64,000 nt of DNA from Trichoplax sp. H2 (lineage: Eukaryota), in NCBI GenBank assembly GCA_003344405.1, contig NOWV01000219.1, positions 1-64,000 on the forward strand. Reading direction: 5' to 3'. Positions 1 to 14,420 of this stretch are shown here, one piece after another (within the stretch, counting starts at the first letter, position 1; each line of letters starts with the position of its first letter). Both the position numbers and the translations under genes were made by a program. The notes below the pieces were generated by a model, which was not told the origin of the DNA, ran no database searches, and saw nothing but the letters and a program-made list of their open reading frames with translations.

Positions 1-621
1 GATTTTTAGCTTTTTATAGTGTATTAATGATAGAAATTATGTTAGAAATGAAGTTTGATGTATTTTTATAGTTAGCTTATTACTTTTATAGTGTTTTGTA
101 AGGGAATCGTAGGGTAAATTGTGTCTGAACTTTGAATGATTTTTGTTTTCTTAAATGGTGCAAAGTAGTTTTCTAAAACGGATCTTAAGAGCGATTGGTT
201 AGCAAATGTTTAGTTTTAAATACCTCTGACGGCTCTACGAAGCGAAGCCTATAAATAACAGTGCAATTAGAAAATTTAGAGAGAGAGTAGAAGAAGATTT
301 TATTTGAAGAACTTGTTGAATTTAAAAGGCCTTCGGGGTCGAATTGTCGTAAGTTAAAACGTTCTTCTTTTTGAAAGGTTGTTTGGTCGTTGACAGTTTT
401 TAAGTCTGTCATTTATTTTAATAATACTTAAAGCTAAGTATTTGTAAGGTTGTTCGGTTTATACTTCTCTCCATTTTCGTTTTGAAATAAATTGTTGTTC
501 GGTTATTTCCCCAAATTTTATTTGGTGTGAAAGTATTAGCGTTAAGTCGACCGGAGTGCAACGAAAGTAGAATCAAAGTTTGTTAAAGTTTCGTAGCTTG
601 ATCTCTACACATTTCATTACA
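1..621. mobile_element. Terminus of a dispersed repetitive element (probably LTR-type; truncated by the window start)
   Basis: 479-621 is near-identical to 35799-35946 (one substitution plus one extra 5-bp unit in the second copy). Both copies end at ...TTCATTACA followed by ATAT. The extent to the left of 479 and the element class are inferred. Confidence 0.6.
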
Positions 622-3600
622 ATATATATAAATTTATTTTATTAAAATAAGATCAATAATACTTCTGATTTAAACACCCTGACCCAAATTTTTTTGCGCC
701 TTTCTATTTGAACAGATCACAATCCGCTTCTACGATAGAGTATGAATAAAATTACCAACAACTTCTAACTCTATTCCAGTTAAAGGCAGATTTAAGTTCT
801 TATTTACGGTACATTTCTGTCTTCAAAACTGTATTATAACTACAGTATCCTTGATATAGCAGCATCGCCTTCTTAGCATATCATCTATTATATAATTATC
901 CTGAACTGGTATCTTTTTAGCTGTTTGGCGTGTATTAAATTTACCGTGCAGGGGATGCTTACGAGCAATGTTTTATAAGTATTTTAATTTATTCTAATTT
1001 CAGTTTTTAATTTAATTAACAAATAGAAATTTTACGATAGAAATACTTGAAATAGAGAGCTTATGTTCTGCTAGTAGTGTCTGCTAAATAGTCAATATGT
1101 TGATAATTGGGCTCTCACGTAGCTTGTTCTATGTAGCATGAACAGATCGTCGCATACTATTTTTTTTAAATACTTCATGCATTTGAATGACATTAAAGAT
1201 TTGGTACCTTACTATAGCAGCCTTTTAATTATTATAACTGGAAGTAGAAATATTAAGACTTTATCATATATGATTAATTATTAACAATCGTTGTATAGTG
1301 TACTTGGTGTGCATGAATGCGCTCAAGCTAATCGTAAAATATTTCGGATGGAAGAGAAAGTTTAATATTAGAAGGCATATATGCGGCGATTTTAAAAATT
1401 TATGGCTTCGAAATAGCTGCTTTACCTTCCTACTTTAGTAATTTAGTTAGCATCAATAAGAAGCTAATAAAACTATTTATGCAAATGATGATAGCAACCA
1501 GAGAATAACATCCGCATTTCATTGCTAATATTGGAACTCATGAAAAATTTTGATAGTCAATTGATAATATGGTATCAATAGAATAAAATTGAAGTGAATG
1601 CGTTTATAAAGGTAAACCTAAATCATTTTTTACCTTTAAATTTTGATTTCTGCGCACGTTAGGAATACTGTAATTTAATAACTATTGTAAATAGCAACTC
1701 CCAATTTATTGGTATGTAACAGTTATTTCCATCATACATCCAATATATAGAATAATAACCGTTAAATCTGGGTATATACGCATCTCCAGAATAATTCAAT
1801 AAAAAGCACATACGGCATATCTCTATTACCTGTCCATTTTCATTACTAAATACGTACGTTTGTCATTAATCATAAGTTAAATGAATAATTTTAATCATAC
1901 ATATTTTGGATATCTGGATGATATGTCTTTAATTGGCTGATGTATCCTTTTTCTTGTAGTTGCTCACGAACGGTAGCATACGTTTTCGGAAAATTAATTT
2001 AAATTAATAATTGCTATATCAATAGCATTAATAACTTGACGGATATAGATCAATATCTTTAATTACCACTGCATAACGATGTAATAATTTAATTATCTGA
2101 GGCCAAATATTATATTTTACGGGTAACCACAGGCATTTGTGATTTTCATCGAGAAAAATTGTTATGATTCGTGTAAGTTGTTATTCTTTGTAAATTCGAT
2201 TAACTATTACATCATACTGAATGGATTTCTACTTAAAACTTGCAAGACACCTCAGCTAAATCTGGAAACTTGTATATAGTGCTCTTGAGTATTTGTCTGA
2301 AGGATAATAAGGAGTATATGATGCATGGAATTATAATACCAATGCTTTAGCTTTGAAGATAGTACTTGGCATTCATGAAACCAATATGGGCTGCTACAAA
2401 TATCTTTTAGAATGCTGTATAATTGAATTAAGTGAACTTATGGATCGAATTTTTACTCGGGAGTTAGCATTAGCGAATGATCAGGTACCATTTGTCGCCT
2501 AATCGTTGGTTTCTCCTGATTGAAGATGACAGGGTGAATCGTTACTTTTATTTCGGTCCTATTTGCAATTTTCCTTTGGTTGTGAACGTAAGCAAATATC
2601 GACATTTTTTATATTTACTTAGTAATGTATGAGCAATATTTGTTTAGTCTGATTTAAAAGCAAACTTTATCTACTGCGTTATTAAAGAAATATGATTTCT
2701 GTATATTATATCCTATTTCATTGCATTATACGAATGCATTAAATATTTAAATGTATTAATAGATTAGATATAAATACAAGTTGTAGAATAGGATAGCGTG
2801 GAAAGCAGTATGATTAATATAATTTTTCTTTGCGATCCTTTAAAGTTTAAGGTCTTTATATATTTTCTTACCAAGTGTACCTGTTGCCTGGTTTTAATTA
2901 ATAAGATGTACTTTGAAACTCTAATTCAGTGAAGAATAATGCTGATAAAAGTAGATTTTGATTCATTAGTGCTAGCTAGTCACATGATTGGACAAGAATA
3001 TCAACTTCTTATAAGTAAAATCATTTAGAAAAGGATGGATATCAATAAGAATTGGAAGATTTGACGGTCTTCAATGAGTCCAGTAAAACTTAGTTACACT
3101 ACATGAATTTATAGCTCTGAAATTAACATCACTGCTTAGTTGTTTACTTAAGCTCCTTGCAGTACACTGTTCGAGAAAAATATAAAATAAATATTCCTGA
3201 GGTACTTAAGAAAATTTTTTGATATCAAACGAAAACATTAGAGATACACAGTCCCGAATTCCCATATTAAAATAAGAAATTTTAGGTCTAGTATCAAAAA
3301 GATGCTTGCTATACTAACGTATGCCATGTATCTCTGCTGTTATTATTATAATTTTTTTACATCTTTGAAAGTTCAAAGTGCAAGTAATATAATAAATTCT
3401 ACGCAATGTAAGCAATATCTGCCGTCGGCAGTTGATAGTAAACTAGTTATTATTGGTATTCAATTCTTTTGTAATTAAATTAAAATTCTTTAATAAGATG
3501 ATTCTGAATTTATGTAGTAGACAAATAATGATTGTCTGATTCGTAGCAAATATCATCAACTTCTTAATTTAACGATACATACCTAGTATAAAACATATTT

Positions 3601-3767
3601 ACAACCTCACGGAGTAATTGATGCAGTTTGCTATACTATAGTTCAATAGATTGATGAAAATCACTTTTAATGGTATTATACTGCATACGCTGTCTTCTAA
3701 TATTATTAAAATACTTCTTATTTGTATCACTAAATTATTTCTTTTTGAATGATATAAGATCTTAGAT

Positions 3768-6700
3768 ATGGATAGCCAATCTGCAGTGCCTAATTTGGAA
3801 GGACAAACCTTCATGCGTTTACAAAATTTAATAACAACTGAGCAAACCACCGACACCTTTCATCAGCGAGCAACTACAGTTAGTATCTCATCAAATTTGA
3901 TTTATTTTGATTATAATTTTATACTTCTGTAGCAGATACCGGATTTATAGTGATTTAAAAAGTTCTAAATAGTAATCTACTACATACGAACTACGTAAAC
4001 TAATAAATATTTTTTTTATTAATACGGATGAGTATATGACAATATACTTTAAAATTTGGACTTACGAATGAGTTAGTACTCAATAAAAAGGCAATAATTA
4101 TCTTTTCGGTAAATAAGACTTAAGGACATCAGCGTATTATGGCAAGAACTAGGAGTTTCCTAGACTTTAATAATGATAATAACGCAAGAGTTAATGTTAT
4201 TCTCATTGCATCTCTAGTTTTAATATTGTCATTATTCAATACTATCTTTGATAGGTAATTCTTAGATGCATGAAAGTTTCAAATACATTTTGTGACATTT
4301 TTAGCACAACTTTGGTCGTAGTATTGTCATTCTATCTTTCTTCAGCTTGAGAAGAGCTGACAGATCTTATTATTTAAATTTGTATCACTACGGCAAGAGT
4401 AATTAATTCGCATGACTACGCTATACTACAGCTTAAGAGATATTTCGATCTATATTACCAGCATAAATTTTGTTTTTGTGTAGATTCCGAGCTGTACTGG
4501 TAAAAGATGTTTAGGATCACTAATGCAAATTCCCGAAAAAATAAAGCGAAAAAATGGTCTGAAACCCAAGGAATTAGTTATTAAGGAGGCAACAGAATTC
4601 CTACAAGAATATTATGCCTCTATACGAAAGTAATCGGCGCTTATATTCTAATGAGATAGATTTACATCAATCATCTATTGTATAAATCACAGCTTAATTC
4701 TAGCAATCTTTCTAGTTATAAAAGATTATGCATCAACTTGTTCCTCTGTTTACGATCACTGTTCTTTTAAGGGCTTGAATTTTTAATTCATGGCTTGTTT
4801 TATAGGTCGAGGCAAATATTGGACCTAGTATTCTTCGCTTTCTTCTATAATACAATGGTCCTATGCACCTTACTGATTTTATTTACGCAAAATTAGCTAA
4901 TAAGAGTACATATGGATAGACAATATGACTTCGCGTAATAGTAAGCATTGCATATATTAACTTAATTTAAACTCCATCTCCATTTCTTCATTCTTTAGGG
5001 AAGGTAGTGAAGCCCATCTGAAACGCAAAGCTGATGTTATCGAAGAAATTCAGGCAAAGGGCTTATACGACCTAACTGAACAAGAATTAACATATGGTGC
5101 TCGGTTATCTTGGCGTAATGCTTCCAGGTGCATTGGCCGAATTCAGTGGTCCAATTTACACGTGAGTATTTTCTTACCAATATAAGTAATTGTTTAGGTT
5201 GACAGTTGAGACTGAAGGTAAGCATACCATAGATATTAGAAACATTACAAAAATTATTATAAAGATAATAAACCGACAGAATAGATTCAGATACCAATTT
5301 ATCTAGTCGAAATCTAGATTAGAGACCACAGCTATAAATTTAATGTTACTAGGCTAGCATCATCGATTCATATTATTGATATTAGCAAGATATGATGTTA
5401 AGATCTGCATGTTGGATGCTGTTGATGATTTGGACCTTTACTATCTACAATTAATAATTAAAGTAAAGCTAATGAGACACCCGAGTTATTTGCTATAACC
5501 GTCTTTTTATGTTTAGATTTTTGATGCCAGAGATGCAGTTACTGCAACAGACATGTATGATGCAATTATTAGCCATTTGAAGTATGGTACTAATAATGGA
5601 AACTTAAGGTTAATAGGATAGATATCGTACTTGATAGGCCTAAATTATAAAAGTTTTGTTGGATTCTTCTTAAGTAGAAAGAGAAAAAAGACATTATTTG
5701 CTTCAGGAATAGAATGTTTGCCATCTCACAATAGTTTTAGAAACTCTATATCAACTTTACTCAAGATTTCAGCTTTAATTTTGTATATTGTATCTCTTTA
5801 CAAATCGTAAAAATAGCAAATTGCATATGTGTTCAATTAAGCCTAACAATTTGATCGATAGATCAGCTATGACAGTTTTTCCACCCAGAGCTAATGACTC
5901 GCACGATTTTCGCGTATGGAATATTCAGTTAGTTCGCTATGCTGGATATGAGCAACCTGATGGCTCCGTAATCGGTGATCCAGCAAACGTCGAATTTACA
6001 AAGGTATCATTTAAACATCAAACATTGTTAATTTCTAAATATCGATTTGCAGTATATAGTCGTTTATCACTTAGTTTTTTCGAACTTTTCCTAAAGGTAA
6101 TTCCTTATATAAGCCAATGATGTTAGTTATTTGCTGCTATCTTACGCAATAGAAAATCCTTCATCTCAAAACTTAATTGACTCTTTAGAAGACTGTTTTT
6201 GCTTTTTGTCTGCCCAAATAGAATTATATTTCACAGCAAAAAATGAAATTGTGGTAAAATTAGGAAGTAGAGTGGAATAGTTTAATGAATTTAATCACTG
6301 TAATACATTAATAGATATGTGAATCGTATGGATGGAAAGGTAAAGGTGGCATGTTTGATGTTCTACCTCTCCTTTTGCAAGCTAACGGAGAAGATCCCGA
6401 GCTCTTTGAAATTCCTTCGGATTTAGTTCTAGAAGTGCCAATTTCTCATCCAGAGTAAAGATCTACATATATACTCTCCTAGAATGAAATTCCAATACAT
6501 AGCATATCATATCATCCTTGCTAATTCTTGAGATTTTAAAAAAATAATAAATAACATATTTAGTCATCTTCTAGAGTAGTTAATGAATGCACAAAGCTGA
6601 TTACGTAAAAATGAAACTGTTTAGGTATGAATGGTTTGAAGAGCTCAAGTTGCGATGGTATGCTTTACCTGCAGTTTCTTGTCTTTTGCTGGATATTGGA

Positions 6701-9700
6701 GGGGTGGAATTCCCAGCGTGTCCATTTAATGGATGGTAAGTATCATCAACTTAGAATTGCTGATTCAATTGGTTAGTCTTGGTTATCAGAAATGGTTATA
6801 TGAAAATTAAATTTAAACTAATTGCAGGTATATGGTAACTGAAATCGGTGCAAGAGACTTTGGTGATGAAAATCGCTATAATTTATGCAAAGTAGGTAGC
6901 ACAATAATGTCATGTCTCTTTAATGAATATCCTCCACACTTATAATTTTTGCAGATTGCTATTCTAACTATGGAATTTTATCCGTATTTCTGAATATGCT
7001 CGGATTTAGCCTGTGGCTCAACGTATGAAACTTGATACTCGAACGGAAACAACTTTATGGAGAGATAAAGCCATCGTGGAAATAAACTGCGCCGTTATGC
7101 ATAGCTTTCTAGTTAGACACTATACCAAATTAGAGTAGAACTACTATTAATTGTGTGCTTTATCATAGATGAATTTCGCCGTTAATTTCACTTTTCGACC
7201 GATACTTCTTTACCAGTAATCCAAATTTTCGGTAACTCTACATGATCTAGAAACACGGAGTTACTTTAGTGGACCATCATTCAACATCCAATTCTTTCAT
7301 GCAACATCTACAAAATGAGGTTAGATATTACTTAGACATGATTCAATATAATATCGATTGCTAAAAAATCCTATTTTCAAATCGATATATTGTATGTTAC
7401 CTAGTATTAACAACGTTGAAGCTAATTGTGCTTTACATTATTTTACTATAGCAAAAACTACGTGGTGGTTGTCCAGCCGATTGGGTCTGGGTAGTTCCTC
7501 CGATATCAGGATCGGCCACAAAAGTTTTTCATCAGGTTGAGCAAACTCAAATTCATAGTACCAATAGCAATTATTGTACAAGTATATACGAGTATATAAT
7601 TTATAGGCTAGATTTGTCTAAATGTACCTGGTATTTTGATCATGAACTGTATAGGAAATGTTGAATTATAAAATTAAGCCAAGCCTAGAGTATCAGGTTC
7701 GTACTAGAATATTTGAGTCTCATCAATATTACATAAAGTAATCGTAGAATGATGGAGACTATAACAGCAATTTAGCCTTCCAGATAAAAGACAATTAATA
7801 TCTTATTTAGGTCGATGCATGGAAAATTCATCGCAGAAAGACACCAATTAAAACCAAACAAGGAAAATTTAAAGATATTGCAAAGTACATAGTGGTGTAA
7901 TTGATCCTTCCTTCCTAACGCAATTGCTATCAAACTAAAGATCTAAAATAACACTTTTAATTGAACATATAAGGCTAAATTTAATTTTCTTGTTGTTTGG
8001 TTATTTGACCTAGTTACGCTATTTATCGAAATGTGATACATGGCTAAAATTTGATTTCAAACTATTTCATTATTTGACTTGATTACGCTATTCATCGAAA
8101 AATGATTCTTTATTTATGGCGTAATGAAGGATGGTGCGTTTATCGACAGAGCTCATGGCTAAAGCCCTTGCCAAGCGAATCAAAGCAACCATTTTGTATT
8201 CAACGGAGACAGGCACATCAGAAAGATATGCTAAAATGCTGAAAAAGCTACTAGACTTGGCATTCGATGCAAAGGTTAAATTAATAAACATTACTCATAT
8301 CTTACCTATTTTTGCTAAAACCAATTCTGATCAAAGACTGATTCTAATCAATTCTCAAAACTCACTGAAATGTAATCGACTGTGAAATTTATTTTAAACT
8401 CTATAACTTTGAGGCATCCTAAAATTGGTTAGTATTGCCATATTTTTGGTAGATTTATTGCTTGGAGGATTACGACTTTAACAATTTGGATTACGAAAAT
8501 CTTGTTTTCGTTGTCACCAGTACATTTGGTAACGCTGATCCACCTCATAATGGCGAGGTAAACATATCCCTGCACTTTACTAATGCCATAGCTATTTTTC
8601 ATGTTATAATATTTTGTATGTTTTAAATTAGGAATTCGATAAACATCTTCGCCATCGCTTACATTCATACCATGTACAAAATCAAGAGTTAGTATATTTT
8701 ACTATATTTTTGCAGTTAATATACCGATAAGAGCTGAAGAGTTCTATTTGCTTAGAATAAACACTGATATTTTAATATAGCGAAAGACAGCATTTTGAAT
8801 GAAAATATCTGAAGGACTGATAATATTAATTGTTGTAGGGAAGACTACAATGCTTTAAATGACTATGGTACAAGAATTCTCAATGTTAAGTAAGATTATT
8901 TTGGCTTTGCGCTGTAAAACTGCTGTGATCTAGGTTTACTATTGCAATACTGTACGATAAAAAATATGAAAATAGAAATGTAAATCGTATTTAAAATAGT
9001 TAACATTTCTTTGAAAATAAGCTATATTTTAATTTAATTATGTATAATCATTGCATTTGTAATAATAACTGGTTTCATGTACCCTAACAGCGATAAATAA
9101 CAGCAATAATAGTATGCCTCTTCGTAACAGTGGCATAAATTTATCTATCTTGTTTGTTGTTGCTATCGAAGCTTCTATGTTAGCCAATTCTATACTTTTG
9201 AAAAGGTCTTAGAATTTATTTGACTTTTTATTATGCAGATATTCCGTATTCGCTTTAGGCTCCAGAGTATATGGAGATAATTTTTGTGCTTTCGGCCGTT
9301 TTATTGATGCTTCATTGCACAAAATGGGAGCCGAAAGAATTTGTCCTCTTGGTGAAGGGGATGAACTCTGCGGACAAGAGGAATCATTTAAGATATGGGC
9401 TGATAATGCTTTGCGTGTATGTGTAGTTTATTTACTAAGTTCATAATGAATTGATTCTCTTCAATATCTGATAAGAAAAATTAAGAAATTGTCTCAAGAT
9501 TGATCCATTTTTTAACGAAATGTCTTTATTAATTGATTAGACTGCCTGCAATACATTTTCAATCGATCTCAATAGCGATTTTAAGACAACTAATACATTA
9601 TTAACAACCGTACCAGCTTGGTCAGAGAGTAATTATCGTCTTGTGCATAAAGAAAAGAAACCCATCAAGCCGTTTATTGAAGGTAATATAGCGTTTAATT

Positions 9701-12700
9701 TCGATCTTACATCAGTTAGTAAAATGATCGCTAGCCGTAATTTTATGCATACATATGGCGACGCTTAACTCATCGAAAATGTGTAGCTTACCTGCTATCA
9801 TTACAAATTTGATATATTGAATTAGCTCTGTCCAAAATTCATTCAAAGAAGATTCAATCAGCAACAGTTATTTCCGTTACAAGTTTACAATCCACCACTT
9901 CTTTGTAAGTTATAGTACCTTCAACGATAGCTGAGATATAATTAATGCCTAATAGTGGTTGGAATTACTATTCGATCCGTAAGATAATACGATGCTAAGA
10001 AAGAAATAGTATTTTATCCTAATTTTAATTATTTTGAATTTTGAATTTTTTCTTGTATACTTTTATTTCCTGCTATATTTAGTTTTTGTAGATAAATTAT
10101 AAAAATTCATTAGGAATTTTTTGTTATATTATAAAGGCATTACACGATTCTCGTTAAGTTGGATAAGGGCAACAATTCTAGCTTGAACTATGCTGCTGGC
10201 GATCATTTGTCTATATTTCCAGGCAATGATCCGGAAATAGTGGATGCTTTATTAACTAAACTAACAGATGGACAGTCGCCAGATACACCTATTCAAATGG
10301 AATATCTAAATAACGGTCTTAAATAACCTGACTTACATGCTCCTTATTAATACTTGCTGTCAAACTCATACTTGTCCCCAATTTTTATCATAATTGATTA
10401 AAATTTTGTTTTCGTATCGATTAGAAAAAAATTGGACGGTTGATAACCATATACCACCTATTTTTACGTTAAGAGAAGCATTTTCTCGATTTGTCGATAT
10501 ATCAACACCTCCTACACCACAATTTCTGCAATATTTGGTCAATCAGGTAAGACTGCGTTAAGGCGGAGATTGTTAATGTATAATTTATAAACTCATATAG
10601 TTGAAATAAATCTGGCTAAGAATTGGCAATGCACGGTTGAACTCCATATATCATGCTGTAGATAGACTTTATGATGATTTTCTATCATTTCTAGGCCAAG
10701 GATGAAAAAGAAAAGAGCCATCTAGAAGAGTTAGCAAAGGTACTATTATAAGTAACACTAAGTGATAGTGATAGAATATTGATTGTCTTTGTTGCGATGC
10801 ACAGTAACGTTATATTTTTAAGATTTTAAGTTAGCATAGAATAAGTCTAAATGCTTCAATATTAGGGACAAGATGAATATGAAGACTGGAAATTTTACGA
10901 AAATCCTAACATATTGGATGTGATCGATAAGTTTCCATCTCTTCAAATACAATCTACTCTATTGCTGTCGAAATTACCGCGATTAAAACAAGTACATAAT
11001 ATAGATGGGGCTGTCTAATTGCAGTATAATTCATATGTTTATTTATGGATTGTAAACGGAAAATTTCTTTACTTTTTTAGAGATACTATTCAATATCCTC
11101 ATCTATGGCCATGTTTCCTAATGAGATCCATATTACGGTTGGAGTGGTACAGTATTATACTAAATCAGGGAAGCTGTGCCGCGGTGTTTGCTCTAATTGG
11201 CTTAATTCCTTAAAAGAAGGAGCAACTATCCACTGTTTCACTAAAGCGTAAGGAAATTTTTACTTAGATTATGCATTCTCCTATCTTCGAGTTCTAAGGA
11301 GGTTTTTATGAGCTAGCGTAATTATATACTATTATAAATAAATATGATCAAAGTTTATAATAATAATACCCAAGTGACGTTCTGCCAAATCTTGCAAATA
11401 TTTTAAGAGGATTTTGAAACTTACCCCTAGTTACAAACCAGTTTCGTGACAAAGATAATGCAAAGCAAATCTCTAAGTTACTAGTCTTCGAGATTTAGTA
11501 TCTCTTAACTATCTCACAAGAGTTTAGACACCTTTGCTTCTACGTTAAACAACTATAGAACTCTTCTTTATTCAACTATCTGCCGAACTTAAATACCTTT
11601 CGGCAGCTGCTATCATGTATGAGTCATAACAGTAGATGAAATTTTGTTCGTATTGGATAGCTAAATTATGAATATCTTCCAGATATTAATCACAAGTGTT
11701 ACAAGACATAACACGATAAGCAATGAATATTAGTTACCTTATGAGAACTCTTACTACAGTACAGCGTAATTTACTGTAACAAAATAATAACTACCGTACT
11801 TCTTACTATAAGTTATTATTAGTTACCTCTATATATAAATGTTAAACACTGAATTTACTCATTTAGTCTTCACGATACTTCGTACCCTGACACCCAATTG
11901 CCAATAGTATAATTATACTACGCTATAATTACTTAAAATAGATTTGATGTTAATTAATATATTTTATATTATTTATCAAAAATAGCTGACAACTTACAGC
12001 TCAGCAGGTAGTACTGAATTTGATGCTGCTAGAGGGTTATATACGTATATTTCTTATAAATTAAAGAAGTAGTCATTGAGTTGGGCTCTAACAAAATTAG
12101 TCAGGTTTCTAAAGCTTTTAGATTAAGAATCCTTCTATATACTTTAGAAGTATTAGATGAACTACAAGCGATCATAAATTTCTACGTTTCTATGATTTTT
12201 AACATGAAAATCTGTAACACAGTTTAAATTTCGATGATTTGATTGGTATTTGCTAATTTTGCTTTACTTTCTAATGTACTAAATAATCGTATGATAGAGC
12301 TCCAAGCTTCCAGATGCCATCTGATAACTCGATACCGATCATTATGGTTGGCCCTGGAACAGGAATAGCTCCTTTTAGAAGCTTTTGGCAACAGAGAGCC
12401 ATAGGTATTTTACTATCAACTTTTGCATATTTATTGTGCTAGCAGTGGTAACTTATCAAGTGCTTAACTAATAGCATATGGTATGCGATATCTTATCCAA
12501 ATAGATGATTTAAACTTGCAAATAAGAAAATATAGATTACTATTCCAATAACAGAAATTGCTGGCATCATCTTCCTAGCTCGTTGACATGCAGTATTTGT
12601 TTATAATTTTTAGAGTGCAAAGCAGCTACTGCTGGTAGTGATGCCCAAAAAGAAGAGGACAATTCTTCAAATAACTTTGGTGACATGGTTTTATACTTTG

Positions 12701-14019
12701 GGTGCAGAACACCGGTAAAGGATGACATTTATAGGGAAGAATTGGAGGATTGCGTGAATAAAAAGGTCATCAAAGAAGTTTATAAAGCTTACTCAAGGGC
12801 GCCAGACGAACCAAAGGTTAAAAATACGCGCATCTAGCCATCTTTAAGATACTTACTTTCTTACGGTTAGTTATTAGCATTTATTAACCTTGCTTACATA
12901 AGCTTTTTTTCCATTTATGTAGCAATATGTGCAAGACATACTGAGCCAAAATGGTAATGAGGTGCTCGCAATGCTTTTAGACGACGACGGGCATATTTAC
13001 GTATGTGGTGATGTATCTATGGCAGCAGGTGTAACAAGAGCAATTCAGGTTTGATCAAATTGATTTTACTTTCCATGTACGAATTATGAATCCGTAAATA
13101 TGATTAATGAAGCATCTCAAGAAATTTGGCTACTGAATAATAAATTACAGAATATACTCATTGATTATGGGCAATTTAGCCAAGAAGATGCTCTCGAAAT
13201 GACCAAAAACTTGAAGGTAAGGGAATACAATTGAAATGGATCCACCAATGAATCGGTATAAATTCCATCTTTACCTCATACGACTGTCTGGTCTAGAAAA
13301 ATGGCAGATACCATGAGGATATTTTTGGTCTAACCTTACGAACAGCAGAAGTAACAGAAAAAAATCGTCGTGCTTCACAAAGGTAAACGTAATTAGCCAT
13401 AAAATAGTGTTGGCTATCTCGAAATGTGGAGAGTTTAATGCTATTATTGTAGCATCTACAATCAATAATAAATGATTTAGAAAATAAGAAATTTTATAAT
13501 TTCATTTTTAACGCATTTTTACTCCTCAAATTATCTACTAGAACATGGACGATGATTAGCAAGCGCCTAAAAGGGGAGGTATAATGTGGCTTTATTTAAA
13601 CACTAGCGCTTATGATAATCATATATTAACGTCATTCAGTACTATGGACCGAAACAGCTTGTTTAAAATTTCATATATACCTCGACATTAACTTTCATTA
13701 CCACACGAATTAGACTAAGTAATTCAATTTTAATTCTTGAAATTATTAATTTTGGATTCAGACCGGCAAAGGAACTGAAATGGCAAACCTAGTAAGTATG
13801 AAATTACTAAATTATATATTGAATAGATTCGTATTCTTCGGTTAATCGTTTTAGCTACTCGAATACTCAAGCGTTATTACTTGTATTAGCGGCTGCAGAA
13901 TAATAGAATCAGAAAATGTATTAGTCTAAAAAAGAAATTGTTGTATAATCCTTTATTAGATCCAAAAACTCAAACTAAGAAAAAAATCAGGCAGTGATGT
14001 TAGAGGTCGATACATGTAG
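3768..14019 (+). CDS. NOS: Nitric oxide synthase (oxygenase + CaM-binding + FMN/FAD/NADPH reductase), multi-exon
   Basis: Hand-spliced GT-AG exons with compatible phases, e.g. 3768-3878, 4484-4629, 4999-5161, 5517-5608, 5862-6003, 6315-6454 ... 13297-13382, 13542-13578, 13762-13791, 13960-14019. Motifs: Zn-binding [11 protein letters not shown]; heme Cys [37 protein letters not shown]; CaM helix [85 protein letters not shown]. The 3' end is uncertain (stop at 13584, 14019 or 14719). Confidence 0.97.
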
Positions 14020-14057
14020 CGAAAGCATGAAAATTTCAACTAAACAGCTGACTCAGT

Positions 14058-14420
14058 GAGTAAATATGAAGGAATTAGCATTTACATCGACCTTAAAATC
14101 GACGATATGAAATTGAGAATGTGGAGATTCAAAATGAAGTAATGAGCAAAATTGCAACTTTGGAGATTTCGAATAAGGACCACTCTAAATTGCAGTATAT
14201 ATTATGACCTTTTAAGCTACATTCACGTAGCAAAAGTATGCAATTTTAAATAAACGGCCGATTTAGAGAGTAAATATGAAAAATTAGCATCAAAATTGAA
14301 CTTACTATTGACGATGTAAAATAGAGAGAATTTGTAGAATCAAAATGAAGCAGAGAGTAAAATTGTAACCTTGAAAACTTGCATTATGAATTAGTTTGAT
14401 TTGAAGTACAATTTATTACC
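14058..14420. repeat. Diverged tandem duplication, period ~210 bp, downstream of the NOS core
   Basis: GAGTAAATATGAA..AATTAGCAT...CAAAATGAAG...AAAATTG starts at 14058 and again at 14268. Confidence 0.7.

Noticed and set aside
185..412. 75-aa ORF inside the terminal repeat element
   Set aside because: No recognisable gag, ORF1 or transposase motif; cannot be supported as a gene.
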